A stretch of DNA of 32,000 bases, taken from NCBI RefSeq assembly GCF_001598795.1, contig NZ_BCZP01000008.1, positions 275,156 through 307,155 of the forward strand. Direction: 5' to 3'. The notes under the pieces were generated by a model that had not been told where the DNA came from, ran no database searches, and saw nothing but the letters and a program-made list of their open reading frames with translations. Numbering within the stretch: position 1 is the stretch's first letter; each line of letters begins with the position of its first letter. Source of the DNA: Delftia acidovorans NBRC 14950 (lineage in GTDB: Bacteria; Pseudomonadota; Gammaproteobacteria; Burkholderiales; Burkholderiaceae_C). The translations under genes were made by a program, and so were the position numbers. Positions 18,002-26,078 of this stretch are shown here, in pieces.

Positions 18002-19140
18002 GCCGTGATCTCCTTGCCGCGCGGCGCGGGCTGCGGGGCCGGCACGCTCTTGCCCTTTTTGACCCACAGGTACAGGCCCGTGCCCAGCACGATGATGCTG
18101 GCGATGTCCAGCAGCGCCCAGAGGATCTGCATGGCCCGCCCGCCGTAGTCGCCGAAGTGCAGCGGCTGGGACACCAGCAGCGCCGTCAGATACCAGGGCA
18201 GAGCGGGCGCGGCCGTGACCTGGGCGGTCTTGGCGTCCACCAGCACGGGCAGGAACAGGCGCGAGGTCAGGGGCTCGTTGCCACGCAGGAAGAAGGTGTG
18301 GTGGTGCGGGCTGGAGAACGTGGTGCCGGGGAAGGCGATGAAGTACAGCTTGGTGCCTGGCACCTGCTGCTGGGCGGCCTGCAGCGATTGCTGCAGCGAG
18401 GCGCGCTCCGCCACCGGCACCGTGTCCTGGCCCTGGTAGGGCGCCAGCACGCTGCTGAGCTGGTCATGCTGCCAGTACTTGATCAGCAGGTCGGCCCAGG
18501 TATTGATCATGCCGGTGGCGCCCACCACGAACAGCCACACCAGGGTGACGATGCCCAGCAGGTTGTGCAGGTCCAGCCACTTCAGGCGCGGCTGGCGCGT
18601 GCGGCGCACGGTGCCGAAATCGAGCTTGCGCATGAAGGGCGCGTACAGCACCACGCCGCTGACGATGGCGATCAGCAGCAGCAGCCCCATGAAGCCCAGG
18701 AACAGCTTGCCCGGCAGCCCCGCGAACAGGTCCACGTGCAGCTTGAACATGACCCACATGAAACCCTGGTCGAAGCGCGGCTGGGCCAGCAGTTCGGCCG
18801 TGCGCGCATCGACCACCACGGAGCGGAAATCGTCCGTGGGCGCCGGCGTGGGCGTCATGGTGACGAACCAGAGGTCGTCGGTGTCGTCGGACTTGGAGAC
18901 GAACTGCACCACGCGGTCCGGGTGCTGGGCGCGGGCCACCTCCAGCACCTTGTCCAGGCTGGCATGGGGCGTGCCCTGGGGCATGGGCGGGGCCTCCACC
19001 TCGGTGCCCAGCAGGTGGCCGATTTCGTGGTGGAAGATCAGCGGAAGGCCGGTCAGGCACAGCAGCAGCATGAAGACGGTGCAGACCAGGCTGCTCCATT
19101 TGTGCAACCAGGCCCAGGTCTTGATCGTGTGGCTTTGCAT
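17998..19140 (-). CDS. PepSY-associated TM-helix protein (PiuB-like iron-regulated membrane protein)
   Basis: 380 aa. N-terminus KTWAWLHKWSSLVCTVFMLLLCLTGLPLIFHHEIGHLLG is the hallmark of the PepSY_TM family. Four TM segments. Lies downstream of TonB-dependent receptors. Confidence 0.9.
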   Translation of the reverse strand: MQSHTIKTWAWLHKWSSLVCTVFMLLLCLTGLPLIFHHEIGHLLGTEVEAPPMPQGTPHASLDKVLEVARAQHPDRVVQFVSKSDDTDDLWFVTMTPTPAPTDDFRSVVVDARTAELLAQPRFDQGFMWVMFKLHVDLFAGLPGKLFLGFMGLLLLIAIVSGVVLYAPFMRKLDFGTVRRTRQPRLKWLDLHNLLGIVTLVWLFVVGATGMINTWADLLIKYWQHDQLSSVLAPYQGQDTVPVAERASLQQSLQAAQQQVPGTKLYFIAFPGTTFSSPHHHTFFLRGNEPLTSRLFLPVLVDAKTAQVTAAPALPWYLTALLVSQPLHFGDYGGRAMQILWALLDIASIIVLGTGLYLWVKKGKSVPAPQPAPRGKEITA

Positions 19141-19164
19141 GGGGTGTTTTTTTCTCTGACAGAA

Positions 19165-19215
19165 GGGGGCCTGGGGCCCCCGCCATCACCGCGCCCCCGG
19201 CGCCATGCCGGGGGC
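19165..19215 (-). terminator. Two GC-rich hairpins between the receptor and PepSY genes (possible attenuating or processing structures)
   Basis: GGGGGCC-tgg-GGCCCCC at 19165-19181 and GCCCCCGGC-gccat-GCCGGGGGC at 19193-19215. Neither is followed by a clear U-tract on the transcribed strand. Confidence 0.25.
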
Positions 19216-19240
19216 GGGGCGGTTTCCGGTGGCCGGGGGC

Positions 19241-21409
19241 TTAGAAGTCCACTTGTGCCGACAGCATCAGCGTGCGCGGCGCACCCGTGGTTGTGTAGCC
19301 GGCGGCAGTCACCCAGTAGCTCTTGTTGCTGACGTTCTCCAGGCTGGCGCGCAGCACCACCGGCTTGCCGGCCACATGGGTGCGCAGGCGTGCGCCCAGA
19401 TCCAGGCGTGTCCAGCCGGGCATGCGCAGGATGTTGGCCGCGTCGTAGTACATGGACGAGGTGTGGATCACGCGGCCGTTCAGGCTCAGGCCCTCCACCC
19501 AGGGGGTATCCCAGTCCAGGCCCAGGTTGAAGGTGCGCTCGGGCACGCCGTTGGCATCGTTGCCCTGGTTCACGCCGCCTGCCGTGCGCGAGAGCCTGGC
19601 GTTGTTGAAGGCCGCGCTGGCCAGCAGGCGCAGGCCCTTGTGGATCTCGCCGTAGGCGGTCAGCTCCAGGCCGCGGTTGCGCGTCTCGCCGCCGAAGCTG
19701 TAGACATTGGTCACCGGGTCGGTCATGGAGCCCGGGCGCTGGATCTGGTAGAGCGCGGCCTGCGTGGTCATGCGGCCCCAGTCCACCTTCACGCCGACCT
19801 CGTACTGCTTGGACTTCTGCGGCGCGAACACCTGGCCGGCATTGGCCGTGTTGGGCCCGGCCGTGCCGCCTGCCGACAGGCCAGCCGTGTAGTTGGCGTA
19901 GACCGAGACATTGTTCTGCGGCTTGAACACCACGCCGGCCAGCGGCGTCACGGCGCTGGCCTTGTACAGCGTGGTGCCGCTGGCGTTCTTCTGGTCGATG
20001 GTCTGGTCGCGCAGGCCCACGGTCACCAGCACGCGGTCGCTGAACAGCGCCATGGTGTCGGCCAGCGCCAGGCTGTGCTGCGTCAGCTCGGCATTCTTGG
20101 TGGGCGCGCCGCGCACGAAGTCGATGGCAGGCAGGGGCGAGGGGTTGTAGATGTTGGAGGGGACGGCTTTGGTGGTCAGCTGGTAGAAGTAGCCGCTCTC
20201 GCGGTCCATGTAGTTGGCCGCTGCCACCACGGTGTGGCCGATGGCGCCGGTCTTGAAGCGCGTGCGCAGGCCCACGTCGGCCGAGGTGGTCTTGTTGAAC
20301 TCGTCGTAGAAGCCGTTGCGCACGGTGAAGTTGCCCAGCGAGTCGATGCGCTGCACGGCCGTGGGAAAGCTCTGGTCACTGGACACATCGCTGTAGCCCA
20401 CGCCGCCGTAGATGGAGGTGTTGGCGTTGATGTCGTATTCCACGCGCGAGATCACGGTCTTGGCCTTGTCCAGCAGCTCCGTGCCCGGGTTGAAGTTGGT
20501 GCGGCTTTCGGGCACGGCGGGCACCTGGGTGATGCCGGCCAGGAAGGCGCTTTGCGGGCGGAACTCCGTGGTCTTGCCGCTGGTGGTCAGCGCGTCCAGC
20601 GACCAGCGCAGGCCCTGGCCTTCGTAGTCCAGGCCCACCGATGCCAGGCCCAGGCGCTGGCGGCCGCCGTCGATGTTGCCTTCGCCATTGCGCCACACGC
20701 CGTTCACGCGCACGCCCCACTGGTTGTCTTCGCCAAAGCGGCGGCCCACGTCCAGGTGGGTGCCGAACTGGGCCTTGCCCATGTAGGTGGCGGTCAGGCG
20801 GTTCAGCGGCACGTCGCCCGCGCGCTTGGTCACCACGTTGATGCTGCCGCCGATGCTGCCGCTGGGACCCACGCCATTGGTCAGCGAGCCGGGGCCCTTG
20901 AGCACTTCCACGCGCTCGATCACCTCCAGCGGCAGGCGCGTGGAGGGCGACAGGCCGTACAGGCCGTTCACCGACACATCGCGCATGGACAGGGAAAAGC
21001 CCCGCACCTGGAAGTCATCGCCATAGCCGCCGCGCGCCTGCAGCGTGCGCACCGAGGCGTCGTTCATCACCACGTCGGCGATGGTCAGCGCCTGCTGGTT
21101 CTCGATCAGCTCCGAGGTGTAGTTGGTCGTGCTGAAGGGCACGTTCATCTGGTCGGTCTTGCCCAGAATGCCCAGGTCGCCGCCGCGCGCGATCTGGCCG
21201 CCGGCATAGGTCTTTTGCAGTCCGCCGATGGCCTCGGCCTGGTCGCTCACCGTCACCTCCTTGAGGGCCGGGCCCTCGGCCGTCTGGGCCGCCACGCCCA
21301 CGGCGGCCAGGGCCAGGCCGGCGCCCAGGCATTGGCGGATCAGGCGCGTGAGGGGGTGGGGAGCGAAGCGGAAGTCCGCAGGAGTGCTGTGGTGCGTCAT
21401 GGCAGTCAT
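19241..21409 (-). CDS. TonB-dependent siderophore receptor (no STN domain)
   Basis: Signal peptide LIRQCLGAGLALAAVGVAAQT, TonB-box-like LKEVTVS, plug (NVPFSTTNYTSELIENQQALTIADVVMNDASV), and a barrel ending ...SAQVDF. Start ambiguous: TTG 21415, ATG 21409 or ATG 21400. None has an SD. Confidence 0.9.
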   Translation of the reverse strand: MTAMTHHSTPADFRFAPHPLTRLIRQCLGAGLALAAVGVAAQTAEGPALKEVTVSDQAEAIGGLQKTYAGGQIARGGDLGILGKTDQMNVPFSTTNYTSELIENQQALTIADVVMNDASVRTLQARGGYGDDFQVRGFSLSMRDVSVNGLYGLSPSTRLPLEVIERVEVLKGPGSLTNGVGPSGSIGGSINVVTKRAGDVPLNRLTATYMGKAQFGTHLDVGRRFGEDNQWGVRVNGVWRNGEGNIDGGRQRLGLASVGLDYEGQGLRWSLDALTTSGKTTEFRPQSAFLAGITQVPAVPESRTNFNPGTELLDKAKTVISRVEYDINANTSIYGGVGYSDVSSDQSFPTAVQRIDSLGNFTVRNGFYDEFNKTTSADVGLRTRFKTGAIGHTVVAAANYMDRESGYFYQLTTKAVPSNIYNPSPLPAIDFVRGAPTKNAELTQHSLALADTMALFSDRVLVTVGLRDQTIDQKNASGTTLYKASAVTPLAGVVFKPQNNVSVYANYTAGLSAGGTAGPNTANAGQVFAPQKSKQYEVGVKVDWGRMTTQAALYQIQRPGSMTDPVTNVYSFGGETRNRGLELTAYGEIHKGLRLLASAAFNNARLSRTAGGVNQGNDANGVPERTFNLGLDWDTPWVEGLSLNGRVIHTSSMYYDAANILRMPGWTRLDLGARLRTHVAGKPVVLRASLENVSNKSYWVTAAGYTTTGAPRTLMLSAQVDF

Positions 21410-21494
21410 GTGCAAAGGTTGGAAAAAGCGGGAGGAAAAACCGTGAAGAAAGACCGGAAAAAAACCGGGAAAGGAGGGCAGGCCGGCCGTGGCC

Positions 21495-24029
21495 CTAGAA
21501 GCGCGCGCGCAGCGACACCGTGACGTTGCGCGGATCGCCGTAGTAGTTGTTGAAGTAGGTGCTGTTGGGCGAGAACTTGGCGTAGTAGCGCTTGTCCAGC
21601 AGGTTGCTCACGTTCAGCTGCAGCGAGTAGGTGTCGTCCAGGCGGTAGGCCAGCAGCGCGTCAAAAAGCGCATAGCCACCCTGGCGGGTGGTGACATCGC
21701 CCACGCTGGCGTAGGCATCGCTTTGCAGCCGCACGCCGGCGCCTGCGGTCCATCCCTGCAAGGGCCCCTTGAAGCGGTGGCTGGCAAACAGGCGCAGCGC
21801 ATGGCGCGGGTCCACGGGCCGCAGCGGCTGGCCCACGTTGGCCTCGGAGGCGTCGCGCAGGTACCTGGCCTGGGTGTAGGTGTAGCCGGCCAGCACCTGC
21901 CAGCCTGGCGCGGGCTCGCCGGACAGCTCCAGCTCCCAGCCCTGGCTGCGGCTCTTGCCGCCGGCCATGAAGCAGTGGCTGGTCGGGTAGTACGGCAGGC
22001 AGGGCATGGCCGATGCCGTGTCCTGCATGGCGCTGCCCACGCGCTGGATGCGGAACAACGACACGCTGCCCTGCAGCCGGCCGTCCATGAAACTGCCCTT
22101 GAGCCCGGCCTCCAGGTCCTCGCCCCGGGCGGGCGCCAGGATGCTGCCGTCGGCGGCCTTCTTGTCCTGGGGGCTGAAGATCTCGCTGTAGCTGGCATAG
22201 GCGTCGAGCGTGTCCGACAGCGCATGCACCAGGCCCGCATATGGCGTCAGCTCGCGGCGCACGCTGTAGCCGCTTTGGGCATTGCCGGGTTCGAGATAGC
22301 TCCACCAGCTCAGGCGCGCACCGGCAATGGCGGTGAGCGAGTCGGTCAGCGACAGCCGGGCCCGCGCGAATCCGCCGTACTGGTGGATGTGGGACACGGG
22401 CGATGAATAGGCGTTGCCGTTGCCCTCGCTGTAGAACGGCTCGGGGTAGCTGGTGTACGGATTCCAGCCGCGGATGTCCACATTGCGCAGCGGGCTCACG
22501 CCCCAGTAGCCCGTGGCCCCCGTGCTGCGGATGCGCTGCAGGTCGGCGCCCAGCGACAGCTCGTGCCTGCGGCCCAGGGCCTCGAAGGGGCCGCTGGCCA
22601 GCAGGCTCAGCGCGTTCTGCGTGCTGCCGTCGCCGCCATAGATGGAGGTGCTCACGTCGAACAGGTAGGGATTGCTGTCGCTGGCCCTGGAAAACGAAGT
22701 CTGCTTGAACCCGTCCGACCGAAAGCGCGTGTGCGCCGCCTGGGCCTTCAGTTGCCAGCCGCTGTCCAGCCGGTGCTCCAGCTCGGCAAAGGCCTGCTGG
22801 TTGTGGCGGTCCCAGGTATTCCAGGGCGTGCCCAGGTAGGTGCTGCGCGGCAGGCCGAGCTGGCTGCCGTCGGCAGCGGCGGGCAGGCCGCCCCAGGAGC
22901 CCGTGGCCTGCAGGTCCGTGTGCTGCAGGCCGGCCGTGAGCGTGGTGCGCGGCCCCAGGTCCGCCTCCAGCACGCCGTACAGGCCCAGGCGCTTTTCCTT
23001 GCGCGCGGTCTGGAACGATGCCTTGTCGTCTGCCAGCGCCACCAGCCGGCCGCGCAGCGTGCCGGCTGCGTTCAGAGGGCCGGACAGGTCTGCCTCCATG
23101 CGCTGGCGGTCCCAGGAACCCAGCGTCAGCGCGGCCGAGCCCTGCCATTGCGCCGTGGGCCGCTTGCGCACCATGTTCACCATGGCCGAGGGCGAGCCCG
23201 CGCCCCGCAGCAGGCCCGTGGCGCCGCGCAGCACCTCCACGCGGTCCAGCATGGCCATGTCGGGCTGGATGAAGGTGGAGGCCGAGGCCACCTGGTTCAC
23301 ATTGAGCCCGTCCACCTGCAGCGAATCGATCTGGTAGCCGCGCGAGTAATAGGCGATGCGCTCGCTGTCGATGTACTCCACCGTCACGCCCGGCGTGTGC
23401 TGCAGCACGGCATGCAGGTCGGGCAGGGCCTGCTCGTCCAGCCACTGGCGCGTGAGCACGGTCACGGGCTGCGGGATGTCGCGCACCGACTGAAGCCCCT
23501 TGTAGCCCGTGACCAGGCTGGCCGCGTAGCTGTCCGATGCCTCGGTCGTGGCACTGGCCGGCGCCGTGGCCCGGACCGTGACCGTGTCCAGCGTCTGCCC
23601 GCTCGTGCCCGAGGCCGCCGCTGGCAGCGGCCGCAGCGTATAGACGCCGCTGGACTCGCGCACGGCCTGCAGCGCCGTGCCCTGCAGCAGCCTGGCAAAA
23701 CCGTCTTCCACGCCATAGCTGCCCTGCAGCCCCGCGGACTGCAACCGGCCCAGCTGCGCGGCATCAAACGACAGCGCAACGCCAGCCTGGTTGGCGTACT
23801 GCGCGATCACATGCGTGAGCGGGCCGGCCGCAATCGAAAAGCTGCGCTGGCCGGCTTGGGCGGCCTGGGCGGCCTGGGCGGACGGCGCTGCATGGACGCA
23901 GTCCGCTGCCGTGGCAACCAGCATCGCCACCCCCAGCACCGCTGCCACCCCAGCCATCCCCATGGACGCAGGCCAGCCCCGTGCGGCTGCAAGGCCGTCC
24001 TGGGGCTGGTGGGGGAGGGTGCGGGGCAT
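21495..24029 (-). CDS. TonB-dependent siderophore receptor with N-terminal STN signalling domain (transducer type)
   Basis: STN domain: FSIAAGPLTHVIAQYANQAGVALSFDAAQLGRLQSAGLQGSYGVEDGFARLLQGTALQA. TonB box LDTVTV, then plug and barrel ending ...SLRARF. The true start may be the internal ATG at 23963 (MGMAGVAAVLG...). Confidence 0.9.
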   Translation of the reverse strand: MPRTLPHQPQDGLAAARGWPASMGMAGVAAVLGVAMLVATAADCVHAAPSAQAAQAAQAGQRSFSIAAGPLTHVIAQYANQAGVALSFDAAQLGRLQSAGLQGSYGVEDGFARLLQGTALQAVRESSGVYTLRPLPAAASGTSGQTLDTVTVRATAPASATTEASDSYAASLVTGYKGLQSVRDIPQPVTVLTRQWLDEQALPDLHAVLQHTPGVTVEYIDSERIAYYSRGYQIDSLQVDGLNVNQVASASTFIQPDMAMLDRVEVLRGATGLLRGAGSPSAMVNMVRKRPTAQWQGSAALTLGSWDRQRMEADLSGPLNAAGTLRGRLVALADDKASFQTARKEKRLGLYGVLEADLGPRTTLTAGLQHTDLQATGSWGGLPAAADGSQLGLPRSTYLGTPWNTWDRHNQQAFAELEHRLDSGWQLKAQAAHTRFRSDGFKQTSFSRASDSNPYLFDVSTSIYGGDGSTQNALSLLASGPFEALGRRHELSLGADLQRIRSTGATGYWGVSPLRNVDIRGWNPYTSYPEPFYSEGNGNAYSSPVSHIHQYGGFARARLSLTDSLTAIAGARLSWWSYLEPGNAQSGYSVRRELTPYAGLVHALSDTLDAYASYSEIFSPQDKKAADGSILAPARGEDLEAGLKGSFMDGRLQGSVSLFRIQRVGSAMQDTASAMPCLPYYPTSHCFMAGGKSRSQGWELELSGEPAPGWQVLAGYTYTQARYLRDASEANVGQPLRPVDPRHALRLFASHRFKGPLQGWTAGAGVRLQSDAYASVGDVTTRQGGYALFDALLAYRLDDTYSLQLNVSNLLDKRYYAKFSPNSTYFNNYYGDPRNVTVSLRARF
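23855..23881 (-). repeat. In-frame 9-bp tandem repeat, 3 copies, encoding (AQA)n just after the predicted signal-peptide cleavage site
   Basis: Plus strand reads cttgggcgg cctgggcgg cctgggcgg. Protein reads ...HAAPSAQAAQAAQAGQ. Confidence 0.85.
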
Positions 24030-24057
24030 GGGGCTGGGAAAAGTGGTGTGACTCCCC

Positions 24058-24107
24058 GTATGCCGAACAAGCCCGGCCGATCCTGCAAGTTCGGCTGGAT
24101 TTTTTTT
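24058..24107 (-). promoter_or_regulatory. Second copy of the candidate ECF-type promoter: A8-N14-CAGGATC-N-CGGCATAC
   Basis: Minus strand reads AAAAAAAA TCCAGCCGAACTTG CAGGATCGGCCGGGCTTGTTCGGCATAC, ending 28 nt before ATG 24029. By hand alignment, 21/28 core positions match the element at 10603-10653, with the same A8 tract at the same 14-bp offset. Confidence 0.4.
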
Positions 24108-24198
24108 GCGCCGTCGCTGAGATTTTCTCCGTTACTTTCCGTTGATCACCAGGTGGATTAAGGCTGGATTGCTATGGTTTTATTTTTCAATCAATGCC

Positions 24199-25395
24199 TC
24201 AGGACACCACCACCGGCCTGGGCTGGCGCGTCCCCGCCAGCGCCAGGCCCGCGAACAGCATCAGCATCAGGCCGTAGGCATAGGTGACCGGCAACAGGCC
24301 GAAGCGCGCGGCGGCCATGCCCGCCGCGATGGCCGGCACGCTGAACGCCAGGTAGCTGGCGATGTAGATGGCCGAGATCAGGGCGCCGCGCTCGTGCGGC
24401 TCGGCCAGCGGGATCACGCTGCGCAGCGCGCCCTGGAAGCCCACGCCGAAGCCCGCGCCCGCCACCACCGAGGCCCCCAGCACCAGGGGCAGGCTTTGCA
24501 GATGGGCGCCGACCAGCAGCAGGGCCACCCCGGCCAGCAGGCCGCTGCCGCCGAACTGCAGCATGGCGCGCGGCGCGCGGCTGCGCAGGGTCCAGATGGC
24601 GGCGGCGGCGCTCAGCGTGTTGATGCACACGGCAAAGCTGGCGGCGATCTCCGAGCCCGTGACCGAGCGGATCATCGAAGGGCCCAGCGACAGGTAAAAG
24701 CCCCCCAGCGCCCACACCGTGATGCTCATGGGCAGCACGCGCATGAAGTCGGCCCGGGCCTGGCCCGGAATCCGCACGCGCGGGCGCATGGCGGCCAGTG
24801 CGCCGGGACGGCGCGCGCCCGTCTCGGGCATCACGGCCATGGCGGCGGCCACGGCCACGAAGATCAGCGCCATGAGCCAGAACACCAGGCCCAGCTGCTG
24901 GCGCCACAGCTGCGCGAACTCGCCCGCCACGACAATGCCCGCCGCCATGCCGACCATGGGCGCCATGGTGCTCACCAGCGTGCCGCGCTCGCGGTGCAGG
25001 TCCAGCAGCGCCGCGCCCATGGCCGCACTGGCCATGCCGGTGGCAAAGCCCTGCAGCACGCGCGCCAGCACCAGGGCCTGCACGTCGCCCGCGCGGGCGA
25101 ACACCGCCAGCGAGACGATCTCCAGCACCAGCGCCGCCAGGATCACGGGCTTGCGGCCCAGGTGGTCCGACAGCGCGCCCGTGGTGAGCAGGGCCAGCAG
25201 CAGGCTCAGCGCATAGACCGCGAAGACCAGGGTCAGCATGCCGGAGGAAAAGCCCCAGTCCTGCTGGTAGAGCCGGTACAGCGGCGTTGGCGCGCTGGAG
25301 GCCGCGAAGAAGCTGCCCAGGCCGAAGGCCAGGACGGCCAGGCTGCGGCCGGGCCGGGCAGCGGGAGTGGAGTTGGATGGTTGCAGTACCGACAT
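24199..25395 (-). CDS. MFS transporter (12-TM, drug/metabolite efflux type)
   Basis: Start at ATG 25395 (MSVLQPSN...). MFS motif-A-like GALSDHLGRKPV. Hydrophobic throughout. Divergent from a TetR gene. Confidence 0.9.
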   Translation of the reverse strand: MSVLQPSNSTPAARPGRSLAVLAFGLGSFFAASSAPTPLYRLYQQDWGFSSGMLTLVFAVYALSLLLALLTTGALSDHLGRKPVILAALVLEIVSLAVFARAGDVQALVLARVLQGFATGMASAAMGAALLDLHRERGTLVSTMAPMVGMAAGIVVAGEFAQLWRQQLGLVFWLMALIFVAVAAAMAVMPETGARRPGALAAMRPRVRIPGQARADFMRVLPMSITVWALGGFYLSLGPSMIRSVTGSEIAASFAVCINTLSAAAAIWTLRSRAPRAMLQFGGSGLLAGVALLLVGAHLQSLPLVLGASVVAGAGFGVGFQGALRSVIPLAEPHERGALISAIYIASYLAFSVPAIAAGMAAARFGLLPVTYAYGLMLMLFAGLALAGTRQPRPVVVS

Positions 25396-25430
25396 GGTTA
25401 AGAGCCCTGCTGCACAATTAATGCAAAGTT

Positions 25431-25472
25431 TTTGCGTTAGCGAATTCTGCGCTTGTACGCTGCTAACGCAAA
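25431..25472. promoter_or_regulatory. Candidate TetR operator: perfect 11-bp inverted repeat TTTGCGTTAGC-N20-GCTAACGCAAA
   Basis: Read directly from the sequence, centred in the 95-bp AT-rich TetR/MFS divergent intergenic region. Confidence 0.5.
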
Positions 25473-25490
25473 TTTTTAGCTTTAATAACC

Positions 25491-26078
25491 ATGAGCACGC
25501 AAGTCCCATCCCTTTCCAAAACAGGCGGTCCCGCCCGTCCCGGCGGACGCAGCGCGCGCATCCAGGCCACGGTCTACCAGACCGTCAAGGGCCTGCTGGA
25601 AACCATGCCGCGCGAGGAATTGAGCTTTCCGCTCATCGCCGCCCAGGCGGGCGTGACGCCGTCCACCCTCTACCGGCGCTGGGGCGACATACAGCAGCTG
25701 CTGGCCGATGTGGCCGTGGAAATCATCCGGCCCACGGCGCCGCCGCTGGACACGGGCACGCTGGAGGGCGACCTGCTGGCCTGGGCCGAGCAGTTCCTGG
25801 AGGAATCGGCCTCGCCGCTGGGACGCACCATGCTGCGCGACATGGCCGCTGCAGCGGGCAACGAGCACACGCCCTGCGCCTGCGTGGAAATCCTGCGCGG
25901 GCAACTGGCGCAGATCGGCGAGCGCGCAGCGCGGCGTGGCGAGGCGATGCCCGCTGCGGACACCCTGATCGACGCGCTGGCCGCGCCCATCGTCTACCGC
26001 GTGCTGTTCGACCTGCCGCCGTCCCTGGAACGCGTGCAGGCACGGGTGCGCGGCCTGCTGCAGGCTGAAACGGCCTAG
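25491..26078 (+). CDS. TetR/AcrR-family transcriptional regulator
   Basis: 195 aa. N-terminal TetR HTH: RIQATVYQTVKGLLETMPREELSFPLIAAQAGVTPSTLYRRWGD. Confidence 0.9.
   Translation: MSTQVPSLSKTGGPARPGGRSARIQATVYQTVKGLLETMPREELSFPLIAAQAGVTPSTLYRRWGDIQQLLADVAVEIIRPTAPPLDTGTLEGDLLAWAEQFLEESASPLGRTMLRDMAAAAGNEHTPCACVEILRGQLAQIGERAARRGEAMPAADTLIDALAAPIVYRVLFDLPPSLERVQARVRGLLQAETA

Noticed and set aside
19205-21523. 772-aa plus-strand ORF antisense to the TonB-dependent receptor. The same applies to 8819-10795, 22563-24161, 21489-22406 and 24142-25401.
   Set aside because: These are shadow ORFs opposite well-supported genes, with monotonous Ala/Gly/Arg/His composition. The GGAGG preceding the GTG at 21489 is part of the polypurine spacer, and the ORF runs antisense to the receptor's conserved C-terminus.
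24062-24107. Plus-strand terminator-like structure: GCCGAAC-N20-GTTCGGC followed by T8. I also considered that a small Fur-regulated sRNA might end here.
   Set aside because: No plus-strand gene or visible promoter lies upstream, and the orientation is wrong for the MFS gene. The same T8/A8 tract and flanking core recur upstream of the other STN receptor. A shared minus-strand promoter/UP-like element explains this better. An sRNA cannot be excluded without transcript data.
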